Positions 44,183-56,900 of a DNA stretch of 64,000 nt are shown piece by piece (the stretch's first letter is position 1; each line of letters begins with the position of its first letter). A program made the translations under genes and the position numbers. The stretch comes from Craspedostauros australis. Its lineage: Eukaryota. Below the pieces are notes generated by a model. The model worked only from the letters and a program-made list of their open reading frames with translations, was not told where the DNA came from and searched no databases. The stretch covers positions 1 to 64,000 of the forward strand of contig JALAGF010004522.1 in NCBI GenBank assembly GCA_030167865.1, written 5' to 3'.

Positions 44183-45949
44183 ATGTCAACGAGCACCACC
44201 GTCCTCGTGGTTACGCCTCTGGTTGCATCGGCTTTGGTCCTCCTTTTTGTGACCATCTGGATTGTTTTCGGTCTTCCTCACAATTCCAAGAAGCCAACCA
44301 ATCGCAACAACAACAACAACAACAACAACAACGCCTCCCATTCTCATAATCTCAACAACGACAACAACCACAAGCTCAACAGAAACCAGAGTGAAGAAGA
44401 AAAGGAACAAGGCACCAATAGCAACCCAACTAGTCACAGCAACAATAGCAGCAACAATAGCAGCAACAATAGCACACACACCACAATCTACAGAACAAGC
44501 AGAATGGGCGTCACCGAGATCGAAGTCACACCTGGTCTGGGCAGGCTCACCATGAAGGCAGACGCGGAGCCCGATGCGGAGACGAGCAGCAACAGCAGCA
44601 GCAGCAGCAACCACAGCAGCGGCAACATGCCCATGTCCATGCCCGCCAAGAAGCACATCATTCGAGCGGCCAGCGACGCCAGCGAGGACCTCATGGAGCG
44701 GTTCAAGACGGCCGTCGAAACGGATGCCGATCTCATCTCCTCCATCGAGAGCGTCGGTGGCGATCTGCTCATGCTGCTGCAACGCGACGATGCCATGGAT
44801 GCCGAAGAGGCGGCGCGCAAGGCACAGCAGTGCTCCGTGCTCAAGTCGGCGGAGGAATCGCCGGGCTTTGCCATCTCCAACCCCTCCCCCCACGCCTTCC
44901 CCTGCAAGGACATGCCCAACTTCATGCTCTCGCATCCCTCCGAATGGCCGCAGGGACCCCTCATGATCCGGCCCTCGCCCAATTCTTCCACCGTCATCCG
45001 CGGCATCCGTCGGTCGAAGGCGCCGGTGGGACAGTACGAGCACTTCTCGGGATTCTGCGCCGGCTGCATCCTGCCCATCAACACGGGCAGCGAGGCGCCC
45101 GGCAATTCCTTGGTCATCGACTTCGAGACGCCTAACTTCGAGGGCACCCTGCTCATGCGGATCAAGCAGGCGCCCGCCAACACGGACAACACCAAATACG
45201 TCAAGGAATCCTACTTCGATGGCAAGAAGCGAAAGTTCCAAGCCATCGTCCGAGGCAAATTCAAGACGCCCTTGCCCATGAGCGAATGCGTCACGGGACA
45301 AGTCTTCGATCGTCCCGCCGGAAAGCTCCCCGCCCGATGGATCGTCACATCCTTCATCCGATTCGTCACGACGCTGGCACCGCAGCTGGAGGCCAAGCTC
45401 GATGGCGACATGCCGCGCTTCCTCACGCCGTTGGTCGCCACCGCGCACACCGTCCTCACGCATCCTGCCAAGCGCGATGGCGATGCCGCAGTCAGCAACC
45501 TCGAGGACTACGTCGAAGAACCAACGACGCAGGACGACACGTCCATCATCAAGGAGATCGCCGATGACCCCAACACCTCCACGGCCGCGCAGATCCCCAA
45601 CACCACCAAATCGTCGCTGAGCTCGCGCATGAAGGCACGCAAGAAGCTCTTCAACGGCATCTCGTCACGACGAGAAAACGCGCCGAGATTCCGCACGGAC
45701 CGCGAATACACCTTCGAATTCTACCAGCATCTGCTGGATTTCGGCAACGAGCTGGCCGTGGACATGGGACGGCCCATCGGCAAGGTCGGTCTGGCGCAGG
45801 CCACGGACGGCCAGCCCATCAAGTTCATGAGCGCGCGCAAGAATCCGGCCAGCGGATTGCTGGAGTCGTTGTGGAGCTTCGATATTTGGCACAGCAGCCT
45901 CTATCCTTACGCCGAGGCGGTCCATGCTGGCAAGTCGAAGAAGCAATAG
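44183..45949 (+). CDS. DUF1769-domain protein with N-terminal membrane anchor and N/S-rich linker
   Basis: TM VLVVTPLVASALVLLFVTIWIVFGL. Motifs IDFETPNFEGTLLMRIK, YFDGKKRKFQAIVRGKFK, GQVFDRP, PRFLTPLVATA, RKKLF and YTFEFYQHLLDF match my recollection of DUF1769. Confidence 0.8.
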   Translation: MSTSTTVLVVTPLVASALVLLFVTIWIVFGLPHNSKKPTNRNNNNNNNNNASHSHNLNNDNNHKLNRNQSEEEKEQGTNSNPTSHSNNSSNNSSNNSTHTTIYRTSRMGVTEIEVTPGLGRLTMKADAEPDAETSSNSSSSSNHSSGNMPMSMPAKKHIIRAASDASEDLMERFKTAVETDADLISSIESVGGDLLMLLQRDDAMDAEEAARKAQQCSVLKSAEESPGFAISNPSPHAFPCKDMPNFMLSHPSEWPQGPLMIRPSPNSSTVIRGIRRSKAPVGQYEHFSGFCAGCILPINTGSEAPGNSLVIDFETPNFEGTLLMRIKQAPANTDNTKYVKESYFDGKKRKFQAIVRGKFKTPLPMSECVTGQVFDRPAGKLPARWIVTSFIRFVTTLAPQLEAKLDGDMPRFLTPLVATAHTVLTHPAKRDGDAAVSNLEDYVEEPTTQDDTSIIKEIADDPNTSTAAQIPNTTKSSLSSRMKARKKLFNGISSRRENAPRFRTDREYTFEFYQHLLDFGNELAVDMGRPIGKVGLAQATDGQPIKFMSARKNPASGLLESLWSFDIWHSSLYPYAEAVHAGKSKKQ

Positions 45950-46415
45950 AACACAGCAGTGCAGGGCTGAACGTTGAATGGGGGTGGAGAAAAGGAAAAG
46001 AGACGTGAATGAAACACGGAGCATTTACATTACATGCCTGCTGTATCATACACTAATTAATTATACACAGTACATGAACTACAACCAGCGTACATTGTCA
46101 TGCCATACCATACGAACTCGTGCTAATGCTAGTATGATACATTAAACGATGATATCATGGATCATGTTGGTGTCAGGCGGCACGGATTTGCACACAGAGG
46201 CCGTCGTTGCTTTAACAGCGGCAGCGCCGTATGGTCATGCCGAACTAACCCTTGTGGATCTAACTTAATTGTACTGTGCGACGCTTGTACTTGCACTTGC
46301 ATTCGAACAATGTCATTTCACACACACTCTGCCTCTGCCTCTCTCTCTCTCTCTCTCTAATGAGGGTCAGTACTATATGTAGAGAGGAGAGATGTTCTGT
46401 GCTGAGCCACCACGC

Positions 46416-47240
46416 TCATGACTCGTCATCCTCGGCACCAGCCGCCGCTTCCGCCAACGCTGCTTCCGCCACTTCCGCGTTGAACGACGACAGGATGTTG
46501 ACCATCTTGACCAGCGAATACTCCTTGCCTTCGATCTTGACCTCGCTGCCGGCGTAATCCCTGAACTTGACGCGATCGCCGGGCTGCACGGGCGACTTGG
46601 TGAATTCGCCGTTGCTGGCCATGCGTCCCTCCCCGATCTTGACGACGACGCCTTCGCACGGGTTGTTGTTGGCCACCACCTGCTGCGAGATCACCACGCC
46701 GCTGTTGGTCTCCAAACTCTCATCGACGTCCAGCTCCACCAGCACGTAATCGCGCACGGGGTACACGTTGTCGAGCTTCATGGTGACGCCCTCGTAGTAC
46801 AGCAAGCAATCGTCATCGCGGATCATCTGGCACGAGTCGTCGTTGTACTCGATCGACCGGCCATCGAACTTACCGTACAGAACCGACATCCCCTCCTTGA
46901 TGGGGTTGTGAATTCGGACGGCGGTGAAGGGATGGATCTTGCCTGGGCCGGAGGCGATCACGAGACCCTCGGTGGGGCGTTCCTTGGACTGATCCGGCAG
47001 CAGAACACCGCCGTCGGTGGCGGTCAGCGTGTCCTTCACCTTCACGAGCACGAGGTTGCCCAGCGGCGTCAACGGTCCGCGGATCTCCTGTCCGTCCATG
47101 GTGTATTTCTCCGTGGCGGATGAGAACAACGCCGTGGCGCTGTGTCGCTGCTGCACCAGCTGTGCGGGTGCTGTCGGTGCCCAGGCGGCTGCTCCGCTCG
47201 CACAGAGCATCATCATCGATGCGGCCGTCTTTGCGATCAT
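46416..47240 (-). CDS. CPN20: Plastid co-chaperonin CPN20 (tandem GroES domains)
   Basis: Two GroES units: PLGNLVLVK...TDGGVLLP...GLVIASGPG and PVRDYVLVE...TNSGVVI...GVVVKIGEG...GDRVKFRDYAG. Presequence MIAKTAASMMMLCASGAAA-WAP. Confidence 0.93.
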   Translation of the reverse strand: MIAKTAASMMMLCASGAAAWAPTAPAQLVQQRHSATALFSSATEKYTMDGQEIRGPLTPLGNLVLVKVKDTLTATDGGVLLPDQSKERPTEGLVIASGPGKIHPFTAVRIHNPIKEGMSVLYGKFDGRSIEYNDDSCQMIRDDDCLLYYEGVTMKLDNVYPVRDYVLVELDVDESLETNSGVVISQQVVANNNPCEGVVVKIGEGRMASNGEFTKSPVQPGDRVKFRDYAGSEVKIEGKEYSLVKMVNILSSFNAEVAEAALAEAAAGAEDDES

Positions 47241-47938
47241 GTTGCTCACTTCGAACTTGGTATGATTCCTCTTTCTCGTAGTCACGTGTTGCAATACGCG
47301 TAGAGTGAGGGATGGTGTGCATGGGGTGGCAGATGGGCAAGGAAACGGCATCCACCATGGTGGTCGGCATCCCAACCGCATCACGCCGCGACGGCGTTGC
47401 GCGCATCCCATCCATCAGTCCAACAAGACATCAAGAGAGCCATCACTTCGAATTTCATCGCGAGAAAAAATCAACCACTGACGTTCATCGACCGTTGAGG
47501 GACAGACGAGATTGATCCGATGTTTTGAATCGTGGATAATATCACTGGATGTTGACAACTTTTCTCGTCTAGACTCGATGGGATACCCGTTCCACTGGGA
47601 GAGAGCGCGAGATAGGAGCCCACCAACAAAAGAAGGAAGCAAAACAGCATCGATCGATTCGCCATGCGATGTTTACTCCAGAATTGATCCCCAGAGAAAG
47701 AGAGAGAGAGAGAGAGACCAAGTCCGATAAAGTAGAGTACTCCACACGGAGAGAACAGTGCCGTGCAATTGAACGAGATGCGCAATAAAAAATGGAGGAA
47801 ACGATCGTTTCGTTCATCCTGGTAAATCGACGTCCTTGCAACTGCGTGTTGGTATGTGACTGATGATTCTGTTTCAACACTATTACTCGTATGCAGCATG
47901 ATATAATAGTACACAGGGTGCACCATCTGCGAGTCATT

Positions 47939-49862
47939 CTACTGGACACGGTCGAGGAATTCCACGATGTACGCCGAGACCTGCTCCTGCTCCAGCAAGA
48001 ACCCGTCGTGTCCGTCCAGGGAGTCAATGACGGAGAGCTCGGCATTGGGCATGCACTCGACGATCTCCTCCTGCTCTGGCAATGGGTAGAGGACGTCGCT
48101 GTTGATGCCGAGGACGCGGGTGGGGATGTACACCTTGGCCAGGACCTCCTCGATGGAGTCGGCCCGGCCGCGTGCGATGTCGTGCGAGTCGAGCTGCTCC
48201 GTGAGCTTGACGTAGGTGATGGGATCGAAGCGGTCGATGAATTTGAAGCCCTGGTACTGGAGGTAGGACTTGACCTGCCAGTCAGCGTCGCTGCCGTAGG
48301 GCTTGCCGTCCTCGGATTGCAGCTTGCGCCCGAATTTGGAGACGTAGCCGTGCGGCGTCCTGTACGTTATCATGCCCAGCTGGCGCGCGACCTCAAGTCC
48401 CTTGGTTGCCTTGAACCCGTCCGATTCCCAATTGGGGTCCGCGAATATCGTCTCCCTCTGCACCTCGGACAGCGCGATCTGCCACGCCGTGTGCGATGCT
48501 CCGCATGCGATGGGAATGAGGGATCGCACGAACGGTTTTCCTGCGATGTGCCGTGATTGCATTGCGTGACATTGCATGTAATAATATTGTGTCACGTTGG
48601 TTATCGTTGTTGCAATGACCATGGCAACATCAACGATGGTTCGTGAATGAAATCGGAGATGCAACGAGTTGTGTGAGAAAAAAGGCAGAATCGAGCACGT
48701 GTGCAGAAGAAGGATAAGAGGAGACGGACACAGAGAGGAAGGGACCAGCGTCGGAATGCCACCAGCTTCGTCCAAAGCCTGCACACCAGCACCGTGCACG
48801 TATTGAGACGAGACGACAGCACGATGGACAACACGTAGGACAGCACGATGGACAACACGTTGGAAAACACGCTGCAAAAGCAAGGCACATCAGCGAATGA
48901 GACGAAGTCAGTGCACACTCACCATCATCCGTCTTGTAAGCGCCGTACGGCGACGCTGCCTGGACGGCAAATTCCATGGTCTGCATTCCACCGAAGGAAC
49001 CGCCGATGACGGATTTGATGGAATGGATGCCGAGATCTTCCTTGAGGAGATGGAGCTGCAACTGCACCGTGTCCTTGAGGGAGATGTCGGGGAAGTCCTT
49101 GCCATACGGCTCACCCGTCTGCGGGTTGATGGATTGCGGACTTGTGGATCCGTAGCAGCTGCCGAGGATGTTGCAGCAAATGACGAAGTACTTGGAGGTG
49201 TCGAATGCTTTGCCGTCTCCCAGCATGTCGCCCCACCAGGTGTGGAGGCTGGCGTTGCCCGTGAGCGCGTGGCAGATGACCAGGACGTTGTCGCGGGTCT
49301 CGTTGAGCTGGCCGTAGGTCTGATACCGCAACTGCGCATCGGGCAACGGAACTCCATTCTCCAACACGAAGTCAGGCTTGATGAAGGTCTCGCCTTCGGC
49401 CGTCATCTCGCCGTATTCGTCTTGCATTTCCTTGGAGAAGTGCCGCATCTGCTTCTGCTGAAGTCGTTGGTTGCGTTGGTTGCGTTGGCTGTTCTGAAGA
49501 TTTGCATGGCCATGGTGGCTGCGTGTGGTTTGCAGCTGGTGATTCTGGGGTTGCAGCATGTTCATGTTGTTGTTCATGCTGGTGCTTGTGGTTCGCTGCA
49601 GTTGTTGTTGCTGCTGTTGTTTCTGCGTCGGCATCCATCCTGATGTCAATGGCACCTGGGATGCCGCTGTCAATGGTGAGGCCAATGATGATGCCAATGA
49701 TGATGCCAATGATGATACCGACGATGAGGCTGATCGGATCGTCTCATCCAGCCTCTGTTGGCGCATCCATGCTGCTCCGCTTGTCTCTCCGCCACGAGTT
49801 GGCAGTCCTGCAGTCCTCGACAGGATCCTCCTTGCGGCCATGTTCCAAGTTGCCGCCACCAT
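47939..49862 (-). CDS. MET2: Homoserine O-acetyltransferase (MetX/MET2 family) with mitochondrial-like presequence (2 exons)
   Basis: Exons 49862-48923 and 48540-47939, with a 382-nt GT-AG intron. Motifs YQTYGQLN, ICHALTGN, NILGSCYGS, IGGSFGGMQ (Ser), GINSDVLYP (Asp) and DGHDGFLLE (His). Confidence 0.92.
48815..48860. repeat. 24-bp-period tandem duplication inside the MET2 intron
   Basis: gacagcacgatggacaacacgt at 48815 and 48839. Confidence 0.8.
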
Positions 49863-50927
49863 CTTGCCTCGTTTCTGTTCCAATTAAGTGGATGTCTTGG
49901 TCGTCGTGTCGGTTGCGTTGAGATCCGCTCGAGTGAGAAACCGTATCTGTGGCTGCTTGACTGGAATGAATGCGAGCTGCTCGTCGTGTACTATAGTAGT
50001 ACTACGATTATGCGACCGCTGGCACTTGCAATTGTCGCTGACTGGGAACGTGGCCGTTGGTCTCAACAGCCACACGACCTTTCGACAATCGACAATTCAG
50101 AACTTTCCCACCGCTTGTGCTGCTGTTGACAACACTGATGCGACGATGGTGTATGCGCGGGTGGTAATATATATGTTGGTGCCCCGATACCGTTGCTCTC
50201 TGTGGGAGGCGAAGCTGCGATGTTGGTGCACCTCCAGAGGCATGAGGAGATCTTGATTCCATGTCGAGAGAAACGACAACGACAACGACAACAACAACAA
50301 CGTTGTTGCTGATTTCGTTTCTGGTGGCGTTTCGATGTCGTTTTGGTGCAAGGCTGACACGGGTGCTTTGTGTGTTCAGAATTGTTTCTGTCTGTCAGTC
50401 GTCCGCGCTTGCACTCGCCAAAGCGGTTCTCCACCAAGATTACATGTTTCTCCATGAAACTTACTCTTGTTACTCACCAACGGGTCTAGATAGGCAGCGA
50501 TAGAGGCGGTAATATTTGCAATGGTGCTATTACATGTGGTGAGCTATCGTAGACTATCGTTATACCTGGTTTACATTGATTGATTCAAACAAACATACAT
50601 GATGACTTTTCGCACGCCGTCATGTCCTTCTCTCTCTTTCTTCTGTTTCATTCGTTTTTGGTGTAGATTTGTTTTCTAACTTCCTTGCTTCTGTTTCTGT
50701 TTCTTGTTTGGGTTTGGCGGAGAGGTTAGGTTGTTGGGAAATGATGCCTTCAGACCAACCAAATGGTCTGAAATGCGGATCCCTCTCTCCCTCTGTCTCT
50801 CTCTTGTACTTGTACGTATATAATACATCCAATTCTCATTCGTTTCGTTGCGATGATGATATGTGCGAGCGAGTGTGAATGTGTGCTGCATGTTGCTCGC
50901 TCATCACTCATAGCGCATCACATTGCA

Positions 50928-53900
50928 TCACATGCCGACTTCGTGGCTTGCAAGACCTTTGGCATTCTCGCGTCGGGCTCGCAATTCGTGGATCATCAGT
51001 TCGATGCGTTCCAAACGTCTCGTGTCTCCGCCGTCAGAATCGGCATCGGTGTCCGTTTCATTCTCGCTGTCGCTGGTGATGCTTCCGTAGGTGCCTTCGT
51101 AGGAGGTTGTGTCCTCGTAGCATGCATTGTTGTCCAGAACGTGGGCATGATTGCTGTCGCTGTTGCTGCCGGAAACGATGATGTGCGAGGTTCGGGCGCC
51201 AGCATCAAGTGCTCCAGCAGCGTTGCTGTTGCTCTCCGTGGTCATCGACTTCGAATCCATCAGGAGCTCCAGCTTCTTCAGGTCGTTGGCCTCCCAGTCG
51301 CTCATTGTGGGGTTGATGCTCTCGATCTGTTGCTGTTGTTGCTGCTGATGGCGCTGCTTCTGTTGTTGCGAGGACAAGGTGCTGCTGCGGGTTCTGTTGC
51401 TGCTGCTGTTGCTGTTGCTACCACCATTCTTCACCGGTGCTGGTGTTGCATCCACGCCTCTTCCCATCGCAGGGGAAGAATATTGCTGCTGCTGCTGCTG
51501 TTGGTGCTCTTGATGGTGGTACTGTTGAGCATTGGAGAGGTGGCGATCCTGGCTGTTGGTGTAGCTGCGAGTTTCGGATGTGGCATCCGCAAGGGCGCGG
51601 GATGTGTTGGTCTTGGACGTGTTGTTGTTGATCGCCACTCTCGACGGCATGCGTCTTGTCACGATGTCTTCGGGACGTGGAGGACCGCTGCGTCGCTGTT
51701 GATCGTTGTGGAGGATCGGGCTGGTGCCAGTTTGGATGCTGCTGTCGGCCGCGTCCATGACGCTGGTACGGGGCGCAGAAACGGCATGGACATTCTCGTC
51801 ATTCCCATGGTCCTCTTCACGTTCGGAATCTTGATCGTTCGAGGAGGAGGAGACTGCTGGTGCGGCTACGACTGCGTTCATGCCGGTGTAAGATGTGGCG
51901 ACGGTGGCACTCGGGTCAGGGTGCAAGCTTGGAAGCTCGATGCCCAATGTGCGTCCTCCTTCACGTTGCGAGAGCACCATCTCCTGCTGACCGGACATCG
52001 TGGGCAGGACCATTGGCGGCTCGCTCACCACGCTCCTGTTCGTCACTGATTTGGAATCGCGGCGGCGTTCGACAGTCTCGACAGCCTCCTCGGGCTTGCG
52101 TCCACCAGGCGACAAGGCGAACGGTGAGTGGGATCTGTACGGTGGTCGCAGTTCCATGGGTTCGATCTGCTTGCGACGTTGGATGCTCCTGCGTTCCTCA
52201 TCCTCGCGCTGGTGCTGCAGCCGTTGCATCATCTCGATCTCCTTCTTCTGCTTCTCGAGCTTCTTCTTGAGGACCTTCTGCTTGCGAAGGTGGGACTTCC
52301 TCTCCTTCTCGCGGAGGAATTCGGCCTCCTCGATGGCCGTCTTGGTCATGAGCCGCTGGGCCTCCTGTTGGATGAGGCGCGCGGCGCTGTTCCTGCGTTG
52401 ACGAAGCTGCTGCAATGAGCTCAGACCGCTGCTGCCAGAATCCCGGCTGGCAGTGATCCTCGCCTCAGGTGGGTCCTGCTGCTGCTGCTGGAACATATTC
52501 TCGGTGTTGGTGGCTTGAGAAGAAGTCGTGGACACGCAGCATGATGGTGGATCAGATCGTTGGAAGTTGTTGCTGTTCACTGTTGCCACCGCGGGTCCGC
52601 CGCCCCCTGGTGTTGCCGTCGTCGTCGCAATGGCCGTTGGGAATGCATAATATTCCGGAGCAGACGAAGTGACACCGGAACTGCGGGACGCTGCGTCGTA
52701 CTCCGGATGCGAGCGATGGGAGTGCTGCTCTGGCTGAGGTGGCTTCCTCGTGTTTTGTTGATGCTGCTCGCGTTCACTGCGGCTATTCATGGTTCTGTTG
52801 AGCATGCTTACGTCACCACCCACGACCATGCCAACAGTGCCCGCGCCAGCGACCATGCTGTTGCTCGCGCTCATGCTGCTGGCCGGGCCTTCATGCATCT
52901 CACGATCGGCATCTTCTTCGTCTTGGACATCGTTGACATGGTCGTCGTGTTCGAAGCCCTGTTGTTCTTGGACAGACTTCGAGCTGCGTGTTCGTTGGGC
53001 ACCACCAGTTGTCGCCGCCATTGTTTCTGCTGATCCCTTTTGGGTGTTGGCAAGAACAACGGCAGCTCGTGAATCCTCAACGATGGGTGTCTTGGATGCC
53101 ACGCTGTCCCCCATGGCCATGGCCTGCATTCGTTCACGCTGGGCTCTGCGAGATCTGAGGATGGCAAGGTTCTGAAGCAATTCGGCCGTGTTTCTGCGCA
53201 GCGTGCGCTTGTGCAGTTTGGCACCGTCGCCCGCAGCGTTGGCTGCCTCACCATCTGACGTCCCGTGAAGTCCGCGCGGTGCAACACCTGCTTCATCTGG
53301 CTGCTCACTGTTGCCGTTCTGGCTGTCATCATCCTGATCATCGTCTTGTGTGGACACCGGTAGACGCCCGGTGCGGATGAGGCGATGTACCATGTTGTCA
53401 ATCTTCGACACCAATTCATCTGCATCGATCGATGACGACGACGACGTATCGCTGACAATCATGCCTGCCGGTGCCTCGTTTTGCACATCATGCTGGACGT
53501 CGCCGTTTGTGTTGGCGTGCTGTTGATGATCTGCGGAAGCGGAGCCTACATCATCTGAGTCATCCATCTCGGTCGGTGGATCCGATCCGGCGTGGGTGAG
53601 GTCGATGATGCTTTCGACATCGATGGGATCATGAGGATAGTGCGAATCAGGCAGTCTGAGTTGCGGCACCTCGTCACCCTGGATAGATTCTTCCGGTTCC
53701 ATCTGAGTGATGACGATGACATCCGTCCTGTCGTTGGCATTGTTGCTGTTTCTATTGCGGCTCGCCATTGTTGCCACCGTGCCCACCGCGACAAGCCCCG
53801 CTGCTGCGGCAGTGGGTGATGCAGGTCTCATTCCGATTCGCTTGCCTCGTGGAGATCTGCCACCGTACTGTTCGGCCATCGTGGACACGAGGTTCTTTGG

Positions 53901-56900
53901 GATGTTAGCGATGCACTGTTCCGGTTCGACGCCTCGCTTGCTTGGGCCATTCGTGACAATTGGATCAATGGGGCTAAGCTGTTGACCTGCACTGTGAGAT
54001 ATGCGGTTTGCCGGTGGCTCCATCAGGTGCTTGGTGGCGTTGATGTTGATGTTGCTGTTGCTGCTGTTCTGGCTCATGCTGCTGATGCTCTGCACGTTGC
54101 TGTTGGTGAAGACGATCGAACCGTGCTTGCTGTTGCTGTTGTTAAAGCTGTTGCTGGTACCAATCTCACCCTGCGAGTGACCCTTTGCGATGGTTATCCT
54201 GCCATTGCCATTGCGATTGTTGCTGTTGCTGCCTGCGACGCTGCTGCTGTCCGTACCCTTCTTCAATGCTGAAGCAAAGGCAAAGATCTGCTGTGGCTTC
54301 TGCCAATGTTTGCCGGCCTTCTTCGACCTCGGACTTTCGAATTGATCAATGAGACGAAGGGTGGCACTCTCCTTGCCATCGCCGCGGTTGAAGAGGGACT
54401 TCTCGAAGGTTTGGCGGATCTGAGAGGTTCGTGGCGAGGCGTCTGTCAGCGCGGCGAGCTCCGCCGCGGGATCGATCATTCCGGGCGGTGCCCTGCGCCA
54501 TGCGTATTTGTTCACGGATGGCGCTTTCTGGTTGCCGTTGCCTTTGTTGTTGGCGCTGCTGCCGGAAGAGCTGATGGAGGAGTCGCTGTGCACAGGCCTC
54601 GGATGGGGGTTGGTGGTGATGGTGGTGGTGGGGGCATCCTTTGCTGATCGCTTCGATGGCGATGATGATGACCTGGGCGTCCTGGAGTGCTGCGGGATCA
54701 TGGGTGTGATGACCCTTGGGACCTTCATCGACTGCGACTGAGACTGAGAGCTGGCGCTCTTGGTTTTGCGGATCAGCGGAATGTTTGGCTTGGATGCTGT
54801 TGCTGTTCCTGGTGATGCAGGTGGTTTCTTCGCAAACACCGATTGCGACTTGGTGCTGTTGCTCGTGCTTGCGTTGATCTTTTGCTGAGACACCGAGTCA
54901 GCATCCAGGGGCAGCCCTGGTGGGTTGTTCGACGATGTGGCTTCAACGGCCGAGTCAGGCTTTGAAGCGCTGGCTGCAGTGACTGCGGCTGCGACTCCCA
55001 CAGCACCACCAACCGCGATGGAACCTGCAATGATTCCAGTTGTTGCTCCTTCAGTGCTTTCGGCGGAGGCGGCCGCCGTGGCTGCCGTGGATGACGTGGC
55101 CGCCGTCGTCTTGGTGAACACCGTTGTGTTCTCACGTGCCTTTGCAGCAGCTCCTCCATTGGACTTGGCGGCATCGTTCGACTTCAGCAGAAGCTTCCCT
55201 GCCAAGGCAACGGTGTTCACACTCTTCACGTTGACGACCTTGGGAATCGACAAGGCTTTGGATGAAGACTTGGATGACGATTTTGAAGGTGATGACGCAG
55301 TCGTGCACGTGCCTGTCTTGGACGTTGCTGCGGTGCCGACCTTCTTCAGCTGCACCTTCTCCAACGGTGAGGAGAAGGTGCCTTTCTTCTTTGGAGTGCT
55401 GGGCGGCCTCGTCATCGGTGAGCTCGAACGTGGTGGCGCACACGATCGCGCCTCGTCGTCGCCCCCCTTCCTGGTGATGTTGTCGACGTACATTTGGGCA
55501 AAACCAGACGATTGCTTCTTGTTCTGGTTCTTCTTCGTCAGCGCATGGATGTATCCCTCAGCGATCTTCCTTCCGCCGACTGGTGCGTTGACTGCCAGCG
55601 CACTGCGCTTCGTGGAGTTGCTGGTGGTGCTTCCGCTCCCGCTGGGTGGCAGGCTGCGGCTTCGGGCACCTCTGGAGGCGCCGTTCATGGAATCGCTGCC
55701 GCTGCCGACTCTTGACAGCATGACCCGATCGAGCTCCGGTCTGCTCCTTCTGGGCGATGCCGAAAGAGACGCTGCCATTGATGAGACTGAAATGCTTGTC
55801 GATCGAGGGGCTGGCGAAAGGCTCGATGATCGCGTCGAGCATCGCGGTATGATGCGTGGCATGCGGCTTCCGTCGCCACGGACGTTGTTGGTAGAGATGG
55901 AACCATCGTCGAGGGCAGGAGCACCAGACATGGAGACGGCGTCCACAGCGCTCGATCCACCGGCAATGGTCGATGCAGGGGAGGATCCGACGGTGTCCAG
56001 CGACCTGCGCTTCTTGCGTTCTTGAAACTTCATGATCTGAGCACGCAAAGCGGCCTGGTGACCAACAGGCTCACCGTCCATCTGTTGCTTGGCCGACGAG
56101 AAGGACCTACGCGCGGCTTGCTGCTGCTTGGCCTTGGAAGAACTTGGCGTCATGGATGCGTCGCTGTCGGTGCCGTTCTTCGATGGTGTAGCCAGCTTGT
56201 CAGATTTGACAAATGTCTTGAGCTCGGCCAAGAGTCCCTTTGCCGGTGCTGGTCCTGGTGCCGATGTCGCAGAGCCGGTGGATCGTGCCGCTGATGCGAC
56301 GGCCATCGTCGATGATGTGGTGGAGGGCGCTTGGCGGACCGGAAGCGGCAACGACCGCAACGAGTTCTGCGTGTTGGCGGCACTGCCTTCATCCTCATCC
56401 TCATCCCCTTCATCGTCCTTCATGGATTTGAGGGTCATCGAATCAGAGCTCAGGCTCAACGCAATGGCAAGCTCCGAATCGGCTGCAGCTGCAGCTGCGG
56501 TTGGTGTTGACGTCATTGGAGTTGGGGGCTTGACTGATGCCTGCGACGTTGATGCCTGAGATGGTTGCTTCTGCAGCGTCGTCGAGCTTGGTGTCGACGG
56601 GCTTTTGTTGGCAGAGAATTTGCGATTGGATGAGGCTTTGGTGAAAGTGAACGCTCGTCTCTTGACGGCCGAAGGGGTTGACTGCGTCTCGAACTTGGCC
56701 ACCATGGAACCGACCGCCCCATCCTTCTTGCTTGGGGATCGGATCACCCGAGGTGAGTTCCGGATGGTGGTTGGTAGCGATCGCGTGGAGGATGGGCCCT
56801 TCGTTGCCATGCTGGGGGATGGCGGGGTGCCCGTTGACGAGGTGTTGGAAGGCGAATCATCCGACGCTGCGGTCAAATCGATCACGTCGGGGTTGTTGTC

